Program-made: the position numbers and the translations under genes
The notes under the pieces: model-generated
Databases searched by the model: none
What the model was told of the DNA's origin: nothing
What the model saw: the letters and a program-made list of their open reading frames with translations, nothing else
Shown here: positions 24,330-57,043 of the stretch, piece by piece
Layout: every line of letters starts with the position of its first letter
Position numbering within the stretch: position 1 is the first letter of the stretch
Origin: Paragordius varius
Lineage: Eukaryota > Animalia > Nematomorpha
DNA length: 64,000 nt
Direction: 5' to 3'
Assembly: GCA_964247055.1 (NCBI GenBank)
Contig: OZ176050.1
Span: 2,480,001-2,544,000, forward strand

Positions 24330-25517
24330 GGGTGGAGTGATTAAAAAAAAGGAAACCCTTTAAGTGTTTCCTATGCTCACTTTTTCAAAGAAAGGGTTTC
24401 CTTATAATTCATATAAAAAACACATCTGATTAACTCTCGAGTTTCCTTAAACCATGCCTAAAACCGATATAAGTATACCTAAATAAAGTAATTTAATAAT
24501 ATTTAATCTTTTAGATATCCCATAGTTTTAAATAAATCTATGGTGCCGTATGTTGTAATTCAAAAAAAGAAGCCTATAAAAATCTTCAAAAAGATTTGTT
24601 GACAGTAACAAAGAATTATTATGAGATAGATCAGATAATAAAAGCAATAGATATGAAAACTTCTATGATTTAAATATTACAGGAAACGTTGTCATTAAAG
24701 ATCGCACAGAATCGGAAGAATTTCTAAATTATTATGATAATCTAATTCACATTTTATGATAATAAATAGATTAAAGTTTATTTACACATTTTTTTATGAT
24801 AAAATAATAGTTTTTATACTTTAAATTTGACCAGAATCACATAAGATACTGATTGACTTTAAATTTTTGAGGCTTGCATACAATAAGATATGAGATTTGT
24901 TAAAAAGTTCACCCAAAAACTAGCTAAATAGTAATTTGATGCCCGGGATCTGCATGAAATCTGAAAAAAATTCTTATTTTTGTCGCAGACTCAGGGCTCC
25001 TCCTCTTCTTTCATCGAAATCAGGGAACAGTGTTTTGTCATAAAGTTTATTGTTTGATAATTAAATCGTAGAATTTGTTTCATTTCAGATAATTGATTCT
25101 CATGCATATTTATATGTTTTTTTTGTTTCTTATCTAAGATCGTAGAGCAAACATTTAATTTCTACACTGTATTCCAAATATACTAGAAAAATCTAAAATA
25201 TTTAATAATAACTCTGAAAATTGAAATTAAACTTATTGAATCTAATATCAAAACCATATTAGCTCTAATTGCCTTGTTTGATCCTCTACTATCGATTGAA
25301 ATAAAATTTATAAATATTTAAGGATGGTATTTAGCATCCTAAAAAATATGTAGGGTTTCCTTTAATAAATTTTTTTATTCACTTGAAAACAAGTGTTTCC
25401 TTAAAAATCTAATGTTAATTTTTTTAGGGTTTCCTTAGCTTTTTATTCACTCCAAATTAAGGAAATTCTTAAAAAAGCTAAGGAAAAAGTGTTTCCTTTT
25501 TTTTATTCACTCCACCC
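24330..25517 (+). mobile_element. Non-autonomous DNA transposon, PIF/Harbinger-like (3-bp TSD), copy 1
   Basis: TIR GGGTGGAGTGA(T/A)TAAAAAAAAGGAAAC at both ends, with TSD AAT/AAT (24327-24329, 25518-25520). No ORF. Superfamily is inferred from the 3-bp TSD and GGG termini. Confidence 0.8.
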
Positions 25518-26164
25518 AATGTGTTAGCTCCCAACAATATTTCGGATTGTGACAGCTATGTTATAAAAATGAGATGGTGATTATAATTTTTTAAAACCCA
25601 ATAATCTTTTTTATTTAGATGATCACCCGGTTTATAAAGAGTATCGAACAAGTTTATAAATTATAATGTTACTGATAATAAGACTCTCACGCTATTGCAA
25701 TCAATGTTTTTAAAATTCAACTGTCTTATTATAAAAATTGATGATATTAATCATTATTAAATTGTAGCAAATCTAACATACAAGACGGTCAATGACAATG
25801 ATGATATAGATCGACCATAAAGCTGGATGATTCCAACATTGAATTATGATTTATATTAGAGTGATTTATTTTATATAAATAAATTTATTTATATCTAAAA
25901 ATAATATGCTTCTTATTCATAGTTTTTGAAGGGTGGAAAAATATCGGCTTAGTATATTTTGTGTGATTTTATTAGTAGAAGGTCTTTATTATCGATCTCT
26001 CTAAAATTTTTTATAAATATATTTTATTTGCATCTATATATCGATGTTTATGTGAATATAGATTATTTTTTATATTGGTTGGTATTTATAAATACATATA
26101 AAACCGAAAAGCATTGATTTTTACCTGTCTTTATTATAGTATGTAAAAAATATTTCAAGACTAT

Positions 26165-27412
26165 GGGTGGAGTGAATAAAAAAAAGGAAACCCTTTAAGT
26201 GTTTCCTATGCTCACTTTTTCAAAGAAAGGGTTTCCTTATAATTCACATAAAAAACACATCTGATTAACTTTCGAGTTTCCTTAAACCATGCCTAAAACC
26301 GATATAAATGTACCTAAAGAAAAATTAAGACTTCTTCTTGCAAAGTATAATATTTAATATTTTAGATATCCCATAGTTTTAAACAAATCTACGGTACCGT
26401 ATATTGTAATTTAAAAAAAAGAAGCTTATAAAAATCTACAAAATGATTTGTTGACAGAAACAAAGAATTATTATGAGATTGATCAGATATAGCGATAGAT
26501 ATGAAAACTTCAATCAAAAAAATATGAATTAAATAATACAGGAAACGTTGTCATAAAAGATCGCACGAAATCGGAGAAAATTTTCCTAAATTCTAAAGAT
26601 CGCACAGAATCGGAAGAATTTTTCAATTATTATGACAATCTAAATCACATTTTATGATATTAAATAATAAATAGATTAAAGTTTATATATACATTTTTTT
26701 ATGATAAAATAATAGTTTTTATACAAATTTTCATTTGACAAGAATCACATAAAAAACTGATTGACTTTAAATTTTTGAGGCTTGCATACAATAAGAAATG
26801 AGATTTGTTAAAATGTTTACCCCAAAAACTAGCTTAATAGTAATTTGATTCCCGGGATCTGCGGCAAATCTTAAAAAAATTCTTATTTTTGTCTCCTCAG
26901 AACTTCCTCTTCTTTAAGCGAAATCAGGGAAAAGTATTTTGTCATAAAGTTTATTGTTTGATTATTAAATCGTAGAATTAGTTTTATAGATAATTGATTC
27001 TCATGCATATTTTATATGTTTTTTAGTTTCTTATCTAAGATCGTTGAAATATTTACTACACTGTATTCCAAATATACTAGAAAAATCCAAAATATATAAA
27101 AATAACTTTGAAAATTGAAATTTAAACTTATCGAATCTAATATCAAAACCGTATTAGCTCTAATTGCCTTGTTTGATCCTCTACTATCGATTGTTATAAA
27201 ATTTATAAATATTTAAGGATGGTATTTAGCATCCTAAAAAATATGTAGGGTTTCCTTTAATATATTTTTTTATTCACTTAAAAACAAGTGTTTCCTTAAA
27301 AATCTAATGTTAATTTTTTTAGGGTTTCCTTAGCTTTTTATTCACTCCAAATTAAGGAATCTCTTAAAAAAGCTAAGGAAAGAGTGTTTCCTTTTTTTTA
27401 TTCACTCCACCC
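26165..27412 (+). mobile_element. Non-autonomous DNA transposon, PIF/Harbinger-like, copy 2
   Basis: Same TIRs, TSD TAT/TAT. The empty site is visible in the opposite palindrome arm (reverse complement of ~23112-23150: AAGACTATGTATAATTTACAATG), confirming the 3-bp duplication. Confidence 0.88.
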
Positions 27413-27419
27413 TATGTAT

Positions 27420-28060
27420 AATTTACAATGCAAAACCTAAAAAACAAAAAAAAACTAATTTTTACTAAGTTTGTTAAAAACCGCAATTTTTACCTGTATT
27501 TATTATAATGTCCAAAATATATAGTAATTAATTACAATTAACAATGGAAAAACTAAAAAAACTAATTTTTTACTAAATTTATTAAAAACCGCAATTTTTA
27601 CCTGTATTTATTATAAGGAATATGTAGTAATTATTTACAAATGCAAAACCTAAAAAACAAAAAAAACTAATTTTTACTAAGTTTGTTAAAAACCGCAATT
27701 TTTACCTGTATTTATTATAATGTCCAAAATATGTAGTATTTAATTACAATTAACAATAAAAAACCTAAAAAAAACTAATTTTTTACTAAATTTATTAAAA
27801 ACCGCAATTTTTACGTGTATTTATTATAAGGTCCAAAATATGTAGTAATTATTTACAACAATGCAAAACCTAAACTAAATTTTTACTAAATTTATTATAA
27901 ACCTCAATTTTTACCTGTATTTATTAAAATGTCCAAAATATGTAGTAATTGATTACAATTAACAATGTTACATAAAAAAACAAAAAAAATAAATTTGACA
28001 AAATTTAAAAACCGAATCTTTACCTGATTAAAATGTCTGAAATACTTAAAAATTATTAAT
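27420..28060 (-). repeat. Tandem array of ~115-125 bp units (right arm, inverted)
   Basis: Reverse complement of the 22680-23200 unit, about 5-6 copies, so copy number differs between arms. Confidence 0.85.
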
Positions 28061-29192
28061 AATTAACAATGCAAAACATAAAAGACAAAAATCTAAAAAA
28101 TTTTCACAAATATATATTTACCATATAAAATTATAATATCAATATTGATTAATACAGGATTTAACATGTTGAAAAATATTTATTATTAAATTTAGGAATA
28201 ATTAACATAAAAAATTTTAAAATACATATTTTACTATTTATTAATTTATCAAAGATTAAACCCACAAAATTCCGCATCTAAATACGTAACAACAATACTA
28301 CAAATGTTAACATAAATTGCTATAATATTTTCAAAATTTAACATTACAAAATATCCATCAAATTAAAGCCTATATTAATTCTCACGTCAATCCTCTTTTA
28401 TATGTATATTATACTACGAATAATTTCGTGGTTCAGTATTTTGCGCATTGGATAAACCATTTTATTGGACTGGCAATAAAATTACTGAACATACATTAAA
28501 ATGCATTCAATAAATACAGTAAAAGTTTTATTGATCGCCGAAAAAATATATTATAAATAAATATGTAAAATAAATAACATGTTAAAAGTGCGCAGTAGAA
28601 AAAACTATGAAGCATAAGCTATTAATTTATGCGTTTAATATAGTTAGCACTATATTCCATAGCCCCAATTAACATCTATCCATTCACAAATTCTATATAT
28701 TCCATTCCGTTGCTAAACCCACATTTAAACCAAAAGTCATCTTCTGTTTATTTTTGGGTGGAAATTATTAGATTCATATTTTTTTGGATGGCACACACCT
28801 TATGTTTGCGTGAGATATTGTATCTCTATATTATTTGTTGGCTATCATTTTATTAATTAATATTTACTCTTGCTAATTGGAATTTTTGGCATTCAGATTT
28901 GTGAAAAGCATTATTCCTAATCGTTTATCATCGTTTATATTTGCAAAGTTGATTTGGCTCTATCTTATGCTCTATAATTACAAAATATATATCCAGTTTG
29001 TGAAATATGTCTATTTATTGGATCTAAACTGATCTCCTATGAAATTATGTAATATGTATTCCATTCTATGCGTTCTTTTTATTACATAGGTATGAAAAAT
29101 ATAGTATGCTTTTGCTACCACATCCAATTTGTCGCAACAATATTTATGAGATTATCTACTAACTTAAAACGCCAAATACAGACTTAATAGTA

Positions 29193-48736
<19,544 letters not shown>

Positions 48737-50173
48737 CCTTCATTCAACTCAATTGCTATATAAATTTATTATATATCAAATAATTTATTCACTATTTAAT
48801 TGTAAACTATTATAAATAAATCACTATTAAATTTTATCGCAATATATTTGCATTTGTCATTTGACTATAAAGCGGTTATAAACTTTTTATCGAGGGAAGT
48901 ATCGTCTTTGAATCCTTTTGTTGATCAATAATAAATTTAATCAACCAACCATGAGAAAGATTTAGATATGGATAATATATTATCGTAATAAAATTTGTAA
49001 TAACATTCAAGTCAAACCGCCAATTTTTTATAATGCTTCTTAAAATAGGTTTTTACTTGCTTCTTTTATATGTTTGGGAAATTATTTAGATTTGTATTAA
49101 ACTACTCCATCTGTTTCAACAGACACTTTTTAATATTTGGCAAAATATAAACTTGATTATATGCGTTTCATTATAAACATCCAAAACTTAAAAATAATTA
49201 TAACAGTAAATATATTAATTTTTCTTAAGAACGAGTCATATAGCGCAAATGGAAAAAAATATTTCAATCCTATCTTAGGAACACAAAGTTAAGATGGTCG
49301 ATTTATGTGGGGGTCAGATCTTATTATTGGCAAAGTATAATAAATTCAACAAAATCATGTAGCAAAATATCATCTTAAAATCTCCACGTATAATTGTAAG
49401 GAAAAATGATAATAAGTTGATTTCGCCATTAAGCCGTTTATATTCTTTCTAATACTTTCTATGTTTTTCAAACTTAATCGGTATTTTTCTCCATAATATA
49501 TATTTTAATTACTAAATTGTTTTGATTTTTGATTAAAATCGTAAAAACATATATTGACCTACCAATAAACTGGCTTTTAAAGTATAGCTTGAACATTAAT
49601 ATTGATGGTTCAGCATTAATTTCATAGATCGTTTGTAAAATAAAGCAATTTTTTTGTTAACGGTGCGATTCATTACAAAACAACTTAAAAATCATTTATA
49701 AAAGCTGTTAATATCGCAACTTAAGCAATTAAAAGAATAGAAAATTTGACTTTGTATTTTAAGAGGCTCATAACATATTTGACACTCTAAAATTTAAATT
49801 TATTAAATTTATAATATTTTATTGGAAATTTATTTGACATTTTATTATAATCACCATGAGTCTTACCGAATGTTATAATCATTTACTCAATTTTTTTCTA
49901 TAAAAAATAAAATCTAACACATATTATATATTTTATAAATTTTTTTCTTCGCCCTACATAATTTTTTCATTCAAATAGGTAGTGTTTACCTGTTAATATA
50001 CGTCAGTGCAAAATGCTACTATACTGTATCTACATGTTTAGTCTGGAGTATTTTTTTAACCGAGATAGATATCAAAAAATTCGTTCAAAAATTTTGTTTA
50101 TTATATACAGCCCAGACATACATTTAATGATTAATAAATATTTTTTTTCATTTTAAATTTTTAATTTATAATC

Positions 50174-52451
50174 ATGAGCACCGAAATCTATCAAGTGGAA
50201 AAAATATTAGCCAAACGCAAATACAAAGTAATAAATTATTTTTATTGTATGATAAATTATTTAGTAACTATTTAATTTTATTTTTATAAATATTTTAAGA
50301 ATGGAAAATGCAAATTTTTGATAAAGTGGAAAGGTTATAAAATGCATGAAAGCACATGGGAACCTCAACAAAATATACTGGATCCTCTTTTGATTTTGGC
50401 GTTTGAGACAGAGTAATTTAAATATATATTATATATAAATATATATACAATATGAGTAAATATTCATTACTTATAATCTGTCAATAATTATTGACATATA
50501 GTAAGTATGAAGCAAAGAGATATATACTTTTCCCGCTTTTTCTTGTTATTAACCTATAATAATTTCTTCTTTGCTATATATGCTCTATCTTTTGAAAAAG
50601 TAGCCAGGGTACATTTTACCATCTAAACAGTATTGAAGATTTGATATTGTATAGTTATTGTACCTTTCGGGAGACTTTTTTTAATTCAATATAAAATTTT
50701 CGGGGCTAAGCGCTAAATTAAATAACTAAAACTTACTTTATTTTTTTCAATACAAAAATGGCTAAAATTTCACTCCATATCATATATGACTAAAAAGAAA
50801 AAAAAAACTATTATTGATTAATATCCTAATTTGGAAATAAAATTTATTTAAAATATAATTATTTTAAATTTATGTTGAAACAAATATATATGCATTTTAT
50901 ATTTTTAAAAAGCTATTATATCCATCCTAATCAGTATATTTAAAAAATGGAAGATGTTTGATTTTATTTATATGTATACGTCTAGCATAGTCGAGCTTTT
51001 TGCCAGTTCAGTCCCACTTCATAGAGTAGTATTGAAAAAAAGCCCCCAAAAATCTTTTATTTGAAGCAAAATTGGCGAGCCCATTGAAATTTTATAAAAC
51101 TTATTCATTCATATATGAATGTCTATGTTATATGTTAGTCTTCCGAAAGGCACAGGTTTTTTAAATACAAGGTGTAGTAATGAGTATCTACCGATTTTTT
51201 GGTCGTAATTTCATTAAGGAAATCATTTATTTTATTTAAAATATTTTTCATCGAATTCTACTTATTTCGCCCATCTTTCAAGTGATAAAGCCATGCCAGG
51301 GAAAGTACCATGTCTTCTGGACCTCCGGTCATTTTATCTATGCATTGTTTAAGTTAATTTGGCGATAGCGCTGTATATCGGTTCACAGAGTTTTAGTTTA
51401 AATACACAATATCGCTCTGTAACCAGATGAGCATAATCTTTTACCGAAGAGTTGATATTGATGGACGGGCCTAAAAAGATCTCATCACCTGTCACACAAT
51501 TCAATGCAAAAATGATTTTCTTTCGTGGTATTGAAACAGAAAGTTATTTTGTGATTTTCTTGACGTTCGTTTTAAATGAGTGGACCCATTTACCGTATTT
51601 AAGGGCCTGTCTCATTCGCATAGACGTCTTGATTTGGTACTGCCGATTGCCGTTGAGCTTATAATCATCTTGTACTCAATCGTCTTCGCAGTTGTGAGGT
51701 CTACCAAATCTCCCACTCTCTTTCACATTGATATCACAACTTTTAATTTTTAAACCCTGTTTCACCATATGTTTCCAGAAATTGATGACTTTCAAGAGCC
51801 TTTTTTTCTGATGAAAGAAGTAAAGCAATATGTGCTGAAAATGTTCAATACTGAATTTTGAAATAAGACGAGGCCCTTTGGCAATGAGTGTTGATTGGTT
51901 AATATAAGATGAACAAAACGGCGTTTGTATCTAATTAATCGTCTGCGGGTTTTCCGCCGACATCTTCTGTTAATTAAGTCGGTAATTACTTATTATTACA
52001 GCTGGTATATGTTGCTAATATTCAATAAAGAATTCTATCGTTTTTATTTTTTAGATTACGCAATGAAAAAATGCAAAAAATCATAGATAAGCGCCGTGGT
52101 TTTTCCAATCATATTATCGATTCGCCACGATCATCTAGTAAAATGAAATACTATTGCAATGTGCTAAATAATCAAATTAATGCATTGAAGGCGTACCAAA
52201 CAGCTTTAGATCACAATATCCGGACGCATATTGATCAATTGAAACATCATGACAAGTCTGACAAATTAAATTCTCGCTATCAAATATTAAATGGCAAGGC
52301 CAATATACAATCAAATGATACAGTTCTCGAAAACTTTAATAGACCATCTGTGATAGTTTGGCGGAAAAGTTCAATGGAAAATAAATACAAACTCACTCCT
52401 CCTAAAGACTTGTATTTTGTAAAATACATATCTTACATGTTCGTGAGATAA
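50174..52451 (+). CDS. Polycomb/CBX-type chromodomain protein; 3-prime end uncertain
   Basis: Exons 50174-50227, 50300-50412, 52055-~52451, with consistent phases. [54 protein letters not shown] has the Pc/CBX signature KWKG...STWEP-x-x-NILDP-x-L. Introns are 72 nt and 1642 nt. Confidence 0.8.
51240..51960 (-). mobile_element. Degenerate mariner-family transposase relic in CBX intron 2
   Basis: Broken frames contain [45 protein letters not shown] and CVTGDE, which are mariner N-terminal HTH, WVPH and VTGDE motifs. Confidence 0.7.
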
Positions 52452-53115
52452 AGTTAATCGGTGCTGGAACATTTATATTATATTTCTTTTGGGAATCCTT
52501 TTTGTATCTTAGCGAATGAACTATATAATGTTTATATAAAATGTAAATCATTATGATATCTACTAATTGCATTACATTTCGTTTTTAATCAGATCTCAGA
52601 ATTAATCAACTATAGCCAATTAACAAAAAGAAGGCATAAGTGGCCTAAAAGTGCTAAAATATTATGGTTTTCTCTTTCAACTTGTTAACAGAATGTTTTA
52701 CATAATAAAAAATGTAATTGGCTGGAAAACAAGTATCTTAGTTTAATTAGCGATTGATAGTACCTTATTATTTGTAATAGAAATCGTGATTGAATGTTGT
52801 ATAAACAGATAACAGGACGCAAAACTTTTTTAAAATATTTTTTTAGAGAAGTGTATTTTATTTGCTGTTCCATGATTTACAGTAATAAAACTAGTTTTTA
52901 TAAAAATTAAATTATAGCTATTTATTGTCGCTTTTATACTGTTAAATATCAAAAAATTATGTTTTATATATCGGGATTCTGATTTAGGTTCTGCAACATA
53001 CAAAAATACGCTATAAATTCTAAATTTATTGCAAATGCTGAGCATATAAAACTCAACATTAATAAAAAATTTAAGACAAGCTTTATTAAATAATGAGTAT
53101 AATTGATTAAACATC

Positions 53116-53804
53116 CTATACAGTTATTTTGGGTCCTAAATAGGGTTGGTTTTCACACCAATAATCATCAGGGCATTTTATTTTTTGAAGAACGATTTTA
53201 TCTCCAACTTTTAACGTTCCATCACCATTCTTACTAAATATATTAAAATAATGACAATCTCTATCGAGAGAATGATTGTATGGTGGTATTAAAAGATCGA
53301 TAAAACTACCGGATTTTTCAAACGTTCTTATCTCATGTATATTATTATCGTTTGGAGTCAGCATTACGCATTTACATTGATTATTGGCTGTAATTTTGGA
53401 GATAAATTTAGTTAATATATTTGAATTGGTGATCCACATTGATTTTAACTTTTCCAAAAAACTAAACGTTGTGATAGTTATTTCGCCTGTTAAGACTTTA
53501 ATAAAACAATACATATGCGGATGATCATGTAAGGGAAGGCGAGAATTAGGGGGTAATGAAAATATACTTAGGCTTATATTCTCATCTTGGTATATTTGAA
53601 TAAATTGAATTGGTGTATAATCATAGGCTAATAATAAGATCAAAATAAACCTATGGTGGAAAGTTTTCCAGAGAAACCAACATCTTCGCACCGGATTTTA
53701 TGAAAAAGATTTTCAATATGTTTTAAATCAAGAGAATTTATAGAGTTACCATATTTGGGAGAAATATTGCGGGCAGTATTTATAAGTTGATTAACCAAAC
53801 ACAT
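53116..53804 (-). CDS. ADO: 2-aminoethanethiol (cysteamine) dioxygenase, 2 exons, 221 aa
   Basis: Exons 53804-53651 and 53627-53116, separated by a 23-nt intron 53650-53628 (GTTTATTTTGATCTTATTATTAG). Spliced MCLVNQLINTARNISPKYGNSINSLDLKHIENLFHKIRCEDVG...TPIQFIQIYQDENISLSIF...LPLHDHPHMYCFIKVLTG...NIHEI...FIDLLIPPY...RDCHYF...YLGPK carries the PCO/ADO cupin motifs. The N-terminus of the supplied ORF (MRRCWFLWK...) is an off-frame artefact of the intron. Confidence 0.92.
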
Positions 53805-56409
53805 ATGTCCATCGCCTGTGTGCTATTGCGACTGTAAAGAAATACATGTGTTAAAAATAAAATTTATAATGTATAGCAGACGGCATAATTGTTTTCAAAA
53901 GACGGCTCTTTTTGCCTTAAAATTTTATTTTTTTAAGTTAATCAAAGCAATTTATTTTAAATGAGGATATTCCACTATTTTCTTCAGGTATCCAAAGGGA
54001 TCAAAGGCATTTTCTTTCTCATTCTCCACACAGGCTACCCTTGTCGCCTTCCTATGCTTTGCTATATTTCCAAATAAAGAGCGCTATTTCTTATTTGTTG
54101 GTTCGAAACATCTATAATAAAACGTATGTAAATACAAAAATGATAGAAACTAATTATATATTGTTTTATTAATTATTATGATATATGTATACCTTACAAA
54201 AACAAAAGTCATTGACAGACACTTTCACCGAAATCTACCTCCCTGGATTTTTAAAGACGCCATACTGGTCGATGTTGTCTTTGGCGTGTAGGCGTCTTCC
54301 TCCATCAGTTTGGTTTTAATTTAACCACTTAAGATGGTTCACAAATTATTCATAAGTTAGTATCAGTTATTACGCCATATATACCGCAGAAGCTATCTCC
54401 ATATATTTTCAGTAAGTGGCGAAAGACTTCTATTTCAAAGCCGCTTTAAGTTAGCTCATTTTGTGATGGAATAGATGTGTTTTAATAATACCCGATATGT
54501 GTCATGAGACACTAAACACGTGTTAAATTTTTTTAAAAAACTATACCAAGCTATGAGCCGCAAAAATAATTGACAAATCCCTGAGACTTATGAGCGTATA
54601 ACATTGCCTCAAAAATCAGGGGGATAAAAAAAACTGATGAAATATATTTATTCTGAGAGTAAAATGTAGCAGTATTAGCATGGTGCGTTTGGTTGTGGCT
54701 CTTAGGGTGATACAAGAAAGTTATTTACAGTTTTGTCTCCATATCAGAAAATAATTTGCTCACCTTATTTATATAAATATTTTGGTGTAGGCTAAATTCG
54801 GCATTCCAAAAAATATACTAAAATAGTTTATACTCTGCATATAAAAAACAAAACAATATTTTTTAAAAAATTACTTTTTAGATGTGGCGCTGAAACCATA
54901 TCTAAAATAAGCTACTCTTAAAATAAACGCAAAAATGCCGGGTTGCGATAAAAATTAATATATGCTAAATCTTGACATAAAAATATTTTTTAAAAAATGC
55001 ATAATTTTTATGAAAATTCAAATTTTGGTTGAAGCGTATTTCTTACTAGTGTAAGGCATGAGGAAGCGGTATAAAAACGAGTGTAATCAATGATACTAAT
55101 CATTTTATCACCTCCGAAAATCGTTTAAAATTCGTTCATCTGCAAATTTATGTTAAATTTAAATTGAGTTTTTTTAGGAAATTTAGAAATATTTTAAAGT
55201 AAACAAACCTTTAAATCAAAATTCTACAGCGAATGTTTAGTATCATTAAATTGTTTAGAAAAAGTGATTTATTCGTTTCCATCATGCTTTAAATTAGATA
55301 AAGAAAACTTCAACAAAATTTATAAAAAATTAAATTTTCGAAAAAAAAATATCTAATTTTTTAAAATTTTTTAATTTGATTTCAAAATTTCGCACATAAT
55401 TAAAATCGCGCATTGGAACTTTTGCGTTTATTTTACGAGAACTGGACCATATTAAATCAGCGAAATGAGACTTTCGGAGCCCACATCTAATAATTAAAAT
55501 TTTTTGAAAATATTATTACTTATAATATGTAGTTTATAATATATTTTAGTTATGTTTTTAGGAATGAAGCCTCCCAGCGTTCACCAAAAAAAATATTTAA
55601 ATAAATAGGCGATGCCATTTTCTGATATGGAGCACCACTTACCATTTTTTTATATAACTCGTAAGGGCCTAAACCTATAGCACCATGATAATCCAAATAT
55701 ATTTTCCTATAAAAATATGTATGTTTCATCATGTTAATTTTTTAGGGACACTGTGTAAGGAGTTAGCCATGCCGGTGGCAGGCCGAATATTTTAGGAGGA
55801 TTTGCTTTACTAAATTCAATCTGAGGGAAGGTAATTTTATTGAGCCCCTATTTGACCCTTTGCATGATATTAATAAGTATCCATATCTCACCTTCGCTAG
55901 TTTTGATTTTTCCTGTATCAGCCGGACACATTATCAAAATTTTATCATTATAGAGACCAACAGCTTCTAGTTCATTCTCCAAACAGCTAAACGCTTGTCT
56001 TAAGCTAACTTCCGAATCTCACCAATAAAGAGATGACTGCAGTACAAAGCAGATGAAAAGGATATTCTAGAAGGTCTCGTAAAACTATTTCTATCAATCG
56101 ATAGCCAAGTTAAATATGAGGTAGTGGGCGCCCCTGTTTTAGTTTTTTTCCGAATAGAGCTAATTTTGAATATTTATATCAATCTACATATATACCCATG
56201 GTAATTCATCTCCTTCAAAAGTCTTAGATAAATCAACAAGCCTTCTCTCAAAAAGATGGCTGAAGCGTAAAACCATTGTTCATCTTTCATGCCTGATGCC
56301 ACAGATTACGGAGGGCAGTCATTAAAATTGTAAACTTTACTTAAGCATCGTTTGAGAGGATTTTGTACGCTATATATAATAAAGGCAATGCCCTTGTTAT
56401 CCTTAAAAG

Positions 56410-56680
56410 CAGGGGTTTTCAAGGCCCTCCGATACTGTCCATGCCGCCCGTGAAAATTTTTAAAATCCATAATTTGCAAAATTATGCTCGCAAAATTTTA
56501 TAAATTAATGTTTCTTATACAATTTTGCTAGATAAGTCTATTCGACTGACAACAAACTAGTAAAATAATCTATATTGTGTTTGCATTTTCAATCTTATGT
56601 TTAAAATCTTATAAATTAACTATGAATGTTCATATTATTTAAAATGAGGCTCGCGTAGCCATTTGTGTTAAACGCCTCTG
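56410..56680. mobile_element. hAT-type MITE (Charlie-like termini)
   Basis: CAGGGGTTTTCAA ... TTAAACGCCTCTG. The TSD is degraded (5/8 match). Confidence 0.55.
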
Positions 56681-57043
56681 GTTTAACGGATTATAATGGT
56701 TTCAACCTATTATATTGGATTCCCATTCCATTGACATGCGTCTAAAGATCAATTAACAGAAAACAAGATATTATAAGTATACCACTCGGTTTCCAATTTA
56801 AAGTATCAGGCACACTAGGCTTCGGATCTGGGCATTTAGTTACTAAAAATCCTAAGTAATCTTTATTAAGCATAACTCAGAATATACTAATAACATATTT
56901 ATGGAAATTAAATACCCAATAGGTCTCTGGGCATACGACTTCAGACTACAAGGCTTGGGTTTGGGAGTGTGTATCATAATAATGTTCTCTCTAATTTTTC
57001 CCAAGCTAGCCAGGAGAATTATCTTAACACAATAAATCTATAC

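Larger units (their letters stand above)
22235..28510. repeat. Large foldback-type inverted repeat (arms ~22235-23730 and ~25560-28510) containing tandem arrays
   Basis: For example, 22290-22360 matches the reverse complement of 28370-28440, and 23640-23720 matches the reverse complement of 25565-25650. A MITE interrupts the right arm at 26165-27412. No TSD was resolved at the outer ends. Confidence 0.85.

Noticed and set aside
22680-28060. ~120-bp arrays as CRISPR-like or coding repeats
   Set aside because: Whole units are repeated with no spacer component, they are extremely AT-rich, and there is no sustained ORF.
48800-49760. Coding-like minus-strand stretches between ADCY and CBX
   Set aside because: Many stops in all frames, no recognisable motif, and no consistent splice model.
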